NCBI GenBank assembly: GCA_040904565.1
Contig: JBBDTI010000030.1
Coordinates: 52,976-116,975 of the forward strand
DNA from: Rhodothermales bacterium
GTDB lineage: Bacteria > Bacteroidota > Rhodothermia > Rhodothermales > VXPQ01
DNA length: 64,000 bases
Reading direction: 5' to 3'
Positions 39,809 to 47,606 of this stretch are shown here, piece by piece. The translations under genes were made by a program, and so were the position numbers. The notes beneath the pieces are model-generated. The model was not told where the DNA came from and did no database searches. It saw only the letters and a program-made list of their open reading frames with translations. How positions within the stretch are numbered: position 1 is the stretch's first letter; each line of letters begins with the position of its first letter.

Positions 39809-40275
39809 TCAGCCCTCCTCTACGGCGCGTTCGATGGCACTCAGGATGCGTTTGTACGTGCCGCATCGACAGATGACGGCGTCCATGTGGCTCACGATCT
39901 CCTCGCGAGAGGGTGCGGCGTTTTGCTTCAGCAGCGCGGCGGCCTGCATGATCTGGCCGGACTGGCAGTAGCCGCACTGCGGCACCTGCTCTTCGATCCA
40001 GGCCTTCTGGAGCGGATGACTCCGGTCGGGGGACAGCCCTTCGATGGTCGTGACGGCGCGTCCCTCGACACCCGAGACCGGCTGCAGGCAGGCCCGCGTG
40101 GGCGCGTCGTCGATGTGGACCGTGCAGGCGCCGCACGCTCCGACGCCGCATCCGTCGTCCCGGTCAGCAGCAGGTGCTCGCGGAGCACCCAGAGCAGCGG
40201 GAGGTCGCCGGGCGCATCCACGGAGACCTCTTCGCCGTTGAGGTGAAAGTGGATGAGTTGAGAGCGGATCGCCAT
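39809..40275 (-). pseudogene. iorA: (2Fe-2S) small subunit, frameshifted near 40155
   Basis: [13 protein letters not shown], then a frame change to [13 protein letters not shown]...[11 protein letters not shown]...CRCGTY; consistent with a ~4-bp loss in the conserved TK(Y/F)G segment. Confidence 0.85.
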
Positions 40276-40597
40276 GGGAGCACCCCTCATGAATCGGGAT
40301 TCAGACGCGGTTGGTTTCGAAATCCGTGGCGCAAGGTGAGGACGGAGGTATTCGCGCCGGGAACTGCTCCATCAAAGGTCGCGACGTGGGCGGTGCGGTG
40401 CAAGTAAAATCGAGTTGTGGTCGGAGCTTCTGTGCGCGACCGTTGTTCACGCCCCAACTCGGGGTTCCACTCATTTTTCCACGACGAAGGTTCTGCGGAT
40501 CGTGGTCTTGAGATGGCGTTCGTAGCCGGCGTGGCTGCTTGCGGCCCAGCAGGAGTTCGCCTGACCGTGAGGTCTACATATATGGGGGTGTAAAGTT

Positions 40598-41062
40598 ATG
40601 ACGCAAATGCTGGAATGGATGATGCTCCACGTGCGGTGGGCCGACCGCCGAACGGAGGCCTCGCTGCGTGCGTTTTCCTCCATCCCGGACGAGGCGATCC
40701 GGTTGTTCGCCCACGTGGCGACGGCGGAACGGATTTACATACTTCGGATGCGAGGCGAGGACCCGTTCCCGCAAGACTTCTGGCCGGACCTTACGCTCGA
40801 CGAGGCCGCACGTACGGCATCCGAGGCCGGCGACGCGCTCCTGCCGTTCGTCCGGGAGAGCAGCGACGTCCAACTCCAGGCGCCGGTTCGCTACCGCAAC
40901 AGCAAGGGCACATACTTCAAGACGCCGCTGGTGCAGATGCTAATGCACCTGTCGCACCATGGGGAGCATCATCGAGGTCAGATCGCTAGGATCATCAGGG
41001 AAGCGGGGGGCATCCCTGCGGTGACGGATTTTATCTCTTTCGTGCGAGAAGAGCATCCGTAG
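40598..41062 (+). CDS. DinB family protein
   Basis: H..WA..R, H...AE..Y, VRYRNSKG, HLSHHGEHHRGQI. Confidence 0.85.
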   Translation: MTQMLEWMMLHVRWADRRTEASLRAFSSIPDEAIRLFAHVATAERIYILRMRGEDPFPQDFWPDLTLDEAARTASEAGDALLPFVRESSDVQLQAPVRYRNSKGTYFKTPLVQMLMHLSHHGEHHRGQIARIIREAGGIPAVTDFISFVREEHP

Positions 41063-41222
41063 CCTAATCGTAGGCATATCCCCGCGCCGCAGGCTGTGAG
41101 CCTGGCTTCCCCCGGGGAGCATGACGGCAAGATGTTGCACTTCGGCGTCCGGAACAGCGGGCGGCAGTCCGCCCGATACACGCACGGCAACGCCGTCGGT
41201 CGGCGTGCGTATATTGCAATGG

Positions 41223-41675
41223 ATGGAAAAGCACACGCCGATATCAGATGGGAAGGGCCCGTCTTTAGCCGAAGCCGAGCGTTTTGAGACGATCGTAGAG
41301 ATGCTGCGGCGTGCCGTTCCGTTGGTGCAGGCGATCTATCTCTTCGGTTCGCAGGCAAAGGGTCGCGTCCATCGGGAGAGCGACATCGATCTGGCGATCC
41401 TCGCGCCGGAGCCGGTCGCTCCGGAAGACCGTCTTGACGTACAGGAGGAGCTTTCCGTTCGGTTCCGATCCGACGTCGATCTCGTCGACCTCATGTCGGC
41501 ATCAACGGTCATGCGGATGCAGGTCGTCACCACCGGCAGCCTGCTCTTCGAAGACGAGCCGGCCGTGCGGCACTTCTTCGAGATGCGGACGCTGTCCGCG
41601 TATGCTCTGCTCAATGAGGAGCGCACCGGGCTACTGGAGCACGTCCGTCGTCGGGGGCGCATCTATGGTCGATGA
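41223..41675 (+). CDS. mntA: MNT nucleotidyltransferase antitoxin (type VII TA)
   Basis: IYLFGSQAKG....SDIDLA (GSX10DXD), VDLVDL. Confidence 0.85.
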   Translation: MEKHTPISDGKGPSLAEAERFETIVEMLRRAVPLVQAIYLFGSQAKGRVHRESDIDLAILAPEPVAPEDRLDVQEELSVRFRSDVDLVDLMSASTVMRMQVVTTGSLLFEDEPAVRHFFEMRTLSAYALLNEERTGLLEHVRRRGRIYGR

Positions 41676-42087
41676 CGTGCTCACCAACAAGGTCGCTGCG
41701 ATCGAGCGGAGCCTCGATAGGATAGAGGAGGAGTACTCCGGAGACCTACGCAACCTCTATGACAACATCACACGGCAGGATTCCATCGTATTGAACCTGC
41801 AGCGTGCCTGTCAATCAGCGATCGACCTTGCGATGCACGTCGTTCAGATCCACGGGCTCGGTGTGCCGCAAGAAAGTCGCGATGCGTTCGCGTTCCTTGT
41901 CGACGAGGGACTGCTCGATCAGGAGCTGGGTGATCGTATGATGAGAATGGTAGGGTTCCGCGATATCGCAGTACATGAATATCAGCGGATCAACCTGGAT
42001 GTGGTGAAATCAATTCTCGATAATCGGCTCGACGATTTTCGCAGCTTCGCCTCGGTCGTCCTGCAAACAAGAGGATTCCGGACGTGA
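41665..42087 (+). CDS. hepT: HEPN (DUF86) RNase toxin
   Basis: DSIVLNLQRACQSAIDLAMH, GFRDIAVHEY (RX4HXY); overlaps mntA. Confidence 0.88.
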   Translation: MVDDVLTNKVAAIERSLDRIEEEYSGDLRNLYDNITRQDSIVLNLQRACQSAIDLAMHVVQIHGLGVPQESRDAFAFLVDEGLLDQELGDRMMRMVGFRDIAVHEYQRINLDVVKSILDNRLDDFRSFASVVLQTRGFRT

Positions 42088-42243
42088 GTTCGCGGAATGG
42101 GCCACAGGGCGGTCGTCAAGCGGGCTGCCGGCTATCCGGCCACGTGGGGTCGGGAAAAGATCTGGACTGGACGTTACGGCCAGACTCCGAGCGTGTCTTT
42201 TATAGCGTCGGCATCGTGAACCGTACGGACACAAGCAGCGTAG

Positions 42244-42564
42244 ATGGATAGACGGAAGATCAAAAAGGACCTGCTCCATTCCGGTTTCGCTGACATGCAG
42301 AGCGAGGCGCTGTCCTATCTGTTCGCCGAAATGGCGACGAAGGAGGATGTCCGAGAGCTCCGCTCGGAGATGCATGGTGAATTCCGTGCCGTCCGCGGGG
42401 AGATGCAGGTTATGAAGGCAGAGATGCACGCCGACATATCGGATTTGGGCAAGCAATTGATGGACGCCATTGCGTCCTATCAAAACAGGCTCTTCACGCA
42501 CGTTCTCGCGCTGATTGGCGCGCTCACGGCGATCATGACGCTGCTCCTGCTCCTGATTCGGTGA
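42244..42564 (+). CDS. Small coiled-coil protein with C-terminal membrane anchor (DUF1640/CCDC90-like)
   Basis: GF...Q.EAL head, ATKED neck, heptad stalk, C-terminal TM helix. Confidence 0.6.
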   Translation: MDRRKIKKDLLHSGFADMQSEALSYLFAEMATKEDVRELRSEMHGEFRAVRGEMQVMKAEMHADISDLGKQLMDAIASYQNRLFTHVLALIGALTAIMTLLLLLIR

Positions 42565-42636
42565 GACGAGGCTTCTGTCAAGAGTTGCTTCCGGCACGAG
42601 TCAACGTCGCGACGGTTGCCCGGGGCCACGTCGCTG

Positions 42637-43265
42637 TTACGGCCCCAGCAGGGCCAGTGGAACGACGGCGACCCCGTCGCGGCGGCGGTAGGCCTGCGGG
42701 CCGGTCGTTACGATTACGGCGTCGAGCAGGTCGTTGCCTAGACGATCCCGAAGCCAGAGTAGATGCCGAACATCCGCGTCATCCGCCGTGCGGCTCAGCT
42801 TGATCTCGAAGGCGACGACGCGCTGATCGTCCCGCTCGACGATCAGGTCCACTTCCTGCCGCCCGCCAGCCGTTCGAAGATGGCCCACCGTCGCTTCAGC
42901 ACCCTGGGCGTAGACGCGGATGGAAAGCGCGGCGAGGGATTCGAACAAATGGCCGAGTAGCGTTCCGTCGCGGGGTATGGCCGGGCCGGAGCTCCGGAGT
43001 CCACCGCGCGTCGTACGCTGTCCCACACCGCGGGTACGCGCTGCCATTCATCGAGCAGGACGGGCGGATCCCCCTGAAGGAGCTGTTCCGGGTCCGCCTC
43101 GGCTATGGCCTGCTGTGCCGGGTCGTCGAGCCTATAGACGGTGACCGCCCGCTGTAACGCCGTTTCGGTCTTGCCAACTCCCCTGGCACCTTCCAGGGCT
43201 ACGGCCGGAAGCGCAGGCAAGAGCTCGTCTAGCTCATCGTCAACAATGCGTCGGAGGTAGGACAT
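42637..43265 (-). pseudogene. AAA_14/DUF4143 ATPase with a large internal deletion and frameshift near 42985
   Basis: N-terminal part has GARGVGKT and LLDEWQ; C-terminal part, in another frame, has GHLFES and EVDLIVE...AFEIK; the middle is missing. Confidence 0.85.
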
Positions 43266-43298
43266 TCGCCGGCTGATGTACCTGAGGGTGACACGCGT

Positions 43299-43379
43299 TA
43301 CCCTACCGATAGGAGGGAATATACACTACCGACGTGAGACTATCTACACTACCGATATGCACGGATGTACACTACCATT
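43299..43379. repeat. Four phased direct repeats TAC(A/C)CTACC, 23-bp period
   Basis: Copies start at 43299, 43322, 43345 and 43368. Confidence 0.85.
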
Positions 43380-43467
43380 ACGATCTTTCTGAGACGATCC
43401 CCTCCTTCCGCCAGGCCGCCGTCATTCCGGGGTGATTTCCGTGATGGGAACCCGTGATCGCGACATA

Positions 43468-43486
43468 TGTTACTACGCCTGTTACA
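43468..43486. promoter_or_regulatory. Putative Rrf2 operator 1, TGTTAC-N7-GTTACA
   Basis: Imperfect palindrome just upstream of the Rrf2 gene; matches the site at 43975. Confidence 0.55.
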
Positions 43487-43511
43487 CATTGACTTTCTTG
43501 ATGGATTTGTG

Positions 43512-43949
43512 ATGACCAGCAGCCGATTCGCCGTGGGCGTGCACATCCTCGCCCTCCTGCAGGAGGGAGGGGGTGAGCCGGTTACGTCCGAATACATTGC
43601 CGGCAGCGTGAACACGAATCCGGCCGTCGTGCGCCGGATCCTGTCCATGCTCGCCGAGGCCGGCATCACGACGTCGCGTCTCGGCGCCGGCGGCGGCGCA
43701 CTTCTCGCCCGCCCGGCCTCAGGGATCACGCTGCTGGAGGTCTTCAAGGCCGTCGAAGGATGCGAGATTTTTGCCATGCATCGCGGCGAGCCCAACCAGG
43801 CCTGTCCGGTCGGGCGCCACATCCGGTCCGTACTGGAGGAGGTTACCGGTGCCGCTCAGCGTGCCCTCGAGGCAGAACTCGGCGATCGGACGGTTTCCGA
43901 CGTCGTCCAGGGCGTGAAGTCGCACGATCGCGTGACACCGGCATCGTAG
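43512..43949 (+). CDS. Rrf2 family transcriptional regulator (YwnA/SaiR-like)
   Basis: SSRFAVGVHIL, SEYIAGSVNTNPAVVRR, GAGGGA.LARP...ITL, PN..CPVG. Confidence 0.9.
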   Translation: MTSSRFAVGVHILALLQEGGGEPVTSEYIAGSVNTNPAVVRRILSMLAEAGITTSRLGAGGGALLARPASGITLLEVFKAVEGCEIFAMHRGEPNQACPVGRHIRSVLEEVTGAAQRALEAELGDRTVSDVVQGVKSHDRVTPAS

Positions 43950-43974
43950 ACCGGTAAAAAAATTTCCATGTAAC

Positions 43975-43993
43975 TGTAGTCATATTGGTTACA
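43975..43993. promoter_or_regulatory. Putative Rrf2 operator 2, TGTAGT-N7-GTTACA
   Basis: Upstream of the DoxX gene, with extra TGTAAC/GTAAC half-sites adjacent. Confidence 0.55.
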
Positions 43994-44047
43994 CAGTAAC
44001 ATATTCGTAGAATCACCAGAACGATCATCCATTCAGAGACACCTACC

Positions 44048-44500
44048 ATGGCCAACGCAACTTCGACCTCATCACCTAGCGACGACGCAGGACGCGTAAT
44101 GAAAAATCTGATCCCTGAATCCGTCGCCGGCGCTCTCTACACGCTGCTCCGCGTCGGTGCCGGACTGCTATTCATGCAGCACGGCGCTCAGAAGCTCTTC
44201 GGATGGCTGGGTGGCTTCGGCGGCGAGCCCGGCGCTACGGCGGAACTCTTCTCGCTGATGGGCCTCGCCGGAGTGCTCGAATTTTTTGGCGGAGCGCTCG
44301 TCGCCCTCGGACTCTTGACCGTTCCGGTCGCCGCGATTCTGTCGCTTCAGATGGTGGTCGCCTTTTTCATGGCCCACGTTCCGCAGGGATGGGCACCCAT
44401 CCAGAACGGAGGGGAGCCCGCGCTGCTCTTTGCCCTGATCTTCGCCTACGTGGCGGCACGGGGAAGCGGTCCGGTTAGCCTCGACCGGCGTCTGAAATAG
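44048..44500 (+). CDS. DoxX family membrane protein
   Basis: LLRV..GLLFMQHGAQKLFG, EFFGG, NGGE, GSGPVSLD. Confidence 0.9.
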   Translation: MANATSTSSPSDDAGRVMKNLIPESVAGALYTLLRVGAGLLFMQHGAQKLFGWLGGFGGEPGATAELFSLMGLAGVLEFFGGALVALGLLTVPVAAILSLQMVVAFFMAHVPQGWAPIQNGGEPALLFALIFAYVAARGSGPVSLDRRLK

Positions 44501-44542
44501 CAGCGGTATTCGCGCATCCATCCAACCAGTAGAAACAGGTTC

Positions 44543-44707
44543 ATGACTGGAGTAACCGGAGCAACCGGCCATCTCGGCCGGCTCGTCATCGAAGCACTTC
44601 TCGAGCGAGGCGTGGAGCCCTCGGGCGTCGCACAGGCTCGCGCTAAAATCGTCGACCGCGACATCTCGGAAGGATCGAATCGATCGCTGCTCAGTCCTAT
44701 CGTATGA
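44543..44707 (+). pseudogene. Truncated NmrA/QorB-like NAD(P)H oxidoreductase
   Basis: MTGVTGATGHLGRLVIEALLERGV, then similarity is lost and a stop follows after 54 aa. Confidence 0.75.
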
Positions 44708-44737
44708 GTAGATGGTGGCATGTCCTTCTGGTGAGCT

Positions 44738-45616
44738 ATGACGTGCGATAAATGGTTTCTGTTTGCGGCGGGGCTGGCCTTGGGGCTCATCGCCGGAGGG
44801 TGTGATTGGGCGGGCCCGGATGCATCGGGTGAGCGTGGTGGATCCGATCTGAATGACGTCCTCAACGACCGTCTGCCTCTGGCGGACAGTCCGGCTCGCA
44901 TCTTCTGTGACCTCTCGCATTTCGACATCAACCTGCCGGGCGGGTTCGGGCCGGATCCGTCGATCGAGACGGATACAGGTTGCGGCGTGCGGTTGACGCG
45001 GAGCGTGGAGTCGCAGGCGATGGCGATCTATCTCGGTAACCCGATCGCCCTGGAGGAGGACGGGTCGTTCCGGACCCACTTCAGTTTTCGCATCCATGGG
45101 GCCGGCGGAGCGGAAGATGACGACGGTCCGGGAGCGGACGGCTTCGTGTTCGTGCTTCAGCGTGCCGCCGCCAGTGCCCTGGGCGTGGGAGGAGGATCGC
45201 TGGGCTACGGAAGGATCTGGGCGAGCGCGGGCGTCGAGTTCGACACGTACTCGAACCACGGCCTGCATGCGGGCGACGAGTTCATCAACGATCCGGACGG
45301 CAATCACGTCGGCATCAACGTGGAGGGGTCACTCGAGTCGCTGGAGACGGCGTCCGTTCCCAAGCGATTGAACGATGGTGACGTTTGGTGGGTGTGGATC
45401 GATTACGACGGGCAGGTGGAGCAGCTCAGCGTGCGGCTCTCCGAATCCGAGGAGCGTCCGGCCGACGCGCTTCTTTCGGCGGAGATAGACATCCCGGGCG
45501 TGCTGGGGGGCACGACGGCGTGGATCGGCTTTACGGCCGCCACGGGAGGCGGCTACCAGCGGCACGACATTCTGTCCTGGCAGTTTCAAACCGAGGGCCG
45601 GAGTATCGCGGAATAG
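44738..45616 (+). CDS. Legume (L-type) lectin domain lipoprotein
   Basis: Lipobox AGGC; GADGFVFVLQ, GGSLGY, VEFDTY.N, NHVGI, AWIGFTAATGG...HDILSW. Confidence 0.88.
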   Translation: MTCDKWFLFAAGLALGLIAGGCDWAGPDASGERGGSDLNDVLNDRLPLADSPARIFCDLSHFDINLPGGFGPDPSIETDTGCGVRLTRSVESQAMAIYLGNPIALEEDGSFRTHFSFRIHGAGGAEDDDGPGADGFVFVLQRAAASALGVGGGSLGYGRIWASAGVEFDTYSNHGLHAGDEFINDPDGNHVGINVEGSLESLETASVPKRLNDGDVWWVWIDYDGQVEQLSVRLSESEERPADALLSAEIDIPGVLGGTTAWIGFTAATGGGYQRHDILSWQFQTEGRSIAE

Positions 45617-45711
45617 CCCGATCTCTTGCAGCCATGCCACCGCGCCGGTTCCGAACGCATCTTCAATGCTGGTAAGACGGCGGCGGTCGATCGCCGGGAG
45701 AACCGACGCCG

Positions 45712-46275
45712 TCACAGGCGGCTGAGGGATTCGTACGTCGGCACGAGATCAGATCGGTCTAACGCACGCTCGAGCCGCTCGAGAATGTCTCGCACGCGGG
45801 CCTCGTCGAGCGCCGGTCCTTGCTTCTCAAGGATACCCCGCACGTCTTCCAGATCCTTTGGACGTCCCGCAAGAATCTTGATCGCGACCAGATCCTCAGG
45901 ACTCAAGAAGGGGATGCGTGCGTTTTCGATGTCTACCGGTACCGCTCGCTCGAGGAACTCTCGCTCCAATCCTGGACCCGCGAAAATGATGTCGACGGGA
46001 ATACCACTCGCCGCATGTACTACCGGCGCAGCGCGGGTCCGGCGCACGAATTGCTCCAATTCGTCGACTCGAGCCTCGTATCCGGACTCGTACAGCGCAA
46101 CGGCCAGTTCGGAGATCTCTTCGACAGCCAGGTCGATCGTCACGTCAATGTCAAGCGTCTGACGCGGACGGCCGAACACGACGACGGCCTGCGCTCCGAA
46201 TACGTACCAGTCAATTCCGCGACGCTGAAAGAGAGTGTCCAGGTCGGCCAGTACGTCACTAACGGTAGCCATCAC
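45712..46275 (-). CDS. Nucleotidyltransferase (DUF6036/AbiEii-like)
   Basis: FGAQAV..FGRPRQTLDID, VDII, EDLVAIKILAGRPKDLED. Confidence 0.8.
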   Translation of the reverse strand: MMATVSDVLADLDTLFQRRGIDWYVFGAQAVVVFGRPRQTLDIDVTIDLAVEEISELAVALYESGYEARVDELEQFVRRTRAAPVVHAASGIPVDIIFAGPGLEREFLERAVPVDIENARIPFLSPEDLVAIKILAGRPKDLEDVRGILEKQGPALDEARVRDILERLERALDRSDLVPTYESLSRL

Positions 46276-46510
46276 CTGTCATGAAAAGTTGGCGGGCTAT
46301 GCGGATATGCGTCTCAAGATCGGCCTCTCGCGCTACATCGTCAGGCCAGTCCGGTCGCAGCGACAGCGTGTACCGACGAAGTTCGTCGGCGACTCGGAGT
46401 CGATCCGCCGGCGCTAAATCGAGGTCTGCCCAGTAACGATGCTTCAGGCGCTCGATTTCCGCCCAGGGTCGTGAGGCGAAGTCCCTGAGTGATTCATCGG
46501 ATGTTTCCAT
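46259..46510 (-). CDS. Small helical hypothetical protein, probable partner of the nucleotidyltransferase
   Basis: 83 aa; overlaps the NTase start; RPDWP...READL. Confidence 0.65.
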   Translation of the reverse strand: METSDESLRDFASRPWAEIERLKHRYWADLDLAPADRLRVADELRRYTLSLRPDWPDDVAREADLETHIRIARQLFMTGDGYR

Positions 46511-46513
46511 CGA

Positions 46514-46553
46514 GCAGTGTATTCCAAGTAGTGTGTTCGGGGTAGTGTGTTCG
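46514..46553. repeat. Three phased direct repeats G(T/C)AGTGT(G/A)TTC, 14-bp period
   Basis: Copies at 46514, 46528 and 46542, starting 3 nt from the start codon at 46510. Confidence 0.75.
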
Positions 46554-46714
46554 CGGACAATTGAGCAGCATGACAGGAGGATCGCGGCCGATACGTGCGG
46601 ACATACTACAACGATTCGCCGTATGCGCGGGTTCTTACCGAACGTCGACGGACCGCGGCCTCAGGCACTTCACCGTTCGGCTTCACGGCATCGTCAAGAT
46701 TAACTCGGCACGAC

Positions 46715-47128
46715 TCAAAGATCTCGGGGGAGCAGGCGCGGCTGCCCTTCGATCGCCACCGCACCAAAGTCTCGCAGATCCAGTGTGGCGATATCGGAGG
46801 CGCGCAGCCGCTCGGCGGTAGCGATGACGACGGCGTCTACCAGGCCGAGCTTAAGGGATGCGTACTGCTCACAAAGCGCGAGGGCACGCTGAAGGTCTTC
46901 GGGGTCGCCCCAATCGACGAACCATCGGCCCTCTGCGAGATCTCGAACGAACTCCATCGCCACGTCCGGGCCCAGGTGCTCTACCAACAGGTAATCGACT
47001 TCCGGAAGTACGGCCCAGGGGAGGACCCACGCCGCTGAGTCGTCCTCGAAGACGCCGAGCAGGATGCCGTGCTGTCGATCGTCGGCGTCGATCAGTGCGA
47101 TCACCGCACCCGTGTCGGCGATTATCAC
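46715..47128 (-). CDS. vapC: PIN-domain toxin
   Basis: IIADTG, VLPEVDYL, LGLVDAVVIA.AERL, ATLD.RDF; GTGA overlap with the antitoxin. Confidence 0.88.
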   Translation of the reverse strand: MIIADTGAVIALIDADDRQHGILLGVFEDDSAAWVLPWAVLPEVDYLLVEHLGPDVAMEFVRDLAEGRWFVDWGDPEDLQRALALCEQYASLKLGLVDAVVIATAERLRASDIATLDLRDFGAVAIEGQPRLLPRDL

Positions 47129-47379
47129 TCGTCTTGTCCGAATCCGTTCAGCAGTTCCTCCGCGCAATCGGCGACGTCACCCCGCCCGCTCCGTCCGGCC
47201 CCGATGCTTCTTGGCCGCAAGCGGCTCGTTCGGCGGCGCGCATACTCGGCGACGGCCTCCCGCACCAGCTCGGCAGCCGAACGACCCTCGGCCTGCGCGA
47301 GGCCTTTCAGCTTCCGGTAGTCATCGCTATCGAGATACACAGTGGTCTTTACGTTTCGCCGCTCGGGATCGGAGCTCAT
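47125..47379 (-). CDS. vapB: CopG/RHH antitoxin
   Basis: KTTVYLD...LK.LA..EGRS.AELVREAV. Confidence 0.85.
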   Translation of the reverse strand: MSSDPERRNVKTTVYLDSDDYRKLKGLAQAEGRSAAELVREAVAEYARRRTSRLRPRSIGAGRSGRGDVADCAEELLNGFGQDE

Positions 47380-47407
47380 GACGGTAGCGCCGTCGAGTGG
47401 AATTATT

Positions 47408-47431
47408 ATATGGTATATGGTAACATCATAT
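47408..47431. promoter_or_regulatory. Putative RHH autoregulatory operator/promoter
   Basis: AT-rich ATATGGT ATATGGT...CATAT direct and inverted repeats upstream of vapB. Confidence 0.5.
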
Positions 47432-47606
47432 CTTCGAACGTGGTTCCGGCTTCTCGAAGTAGGCCCAGCTGATCATACGGAGCCGCCGCCGATGCGAACG
47501 AGTCCGCCTGATCCTCGACGACCGGACGAAGACCCATCCTGAGAGCGTCGAAGGGTTTCATCCGCTATCCGAACAGACTGCGCAACAAGAATGACGATCG
47601 AAAACA

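Noticed and set aside
41950-41985. HepT active site reads RDIAVH rather than the commoner RNIAVH
   Set aside because: The catalytic R and H and the downstream Tyr are retained and a polar residue is tolerated there, so this is no evidence of inactivation or novelty.
43299-43379. Mini-CRISPR interpretation of the repeat-spacer pattern
   Set aside because: Repeats (~12 bp) and spacers (~11 bp) are far too short and non-palindromic, and no cas genes are present.
40598-47400. Integron cassette array
   Set aside because: Genes are in mixed orientations, and I found no intI and no convincing RYYYAAC...GTTRRRY attC hairpins by eye.
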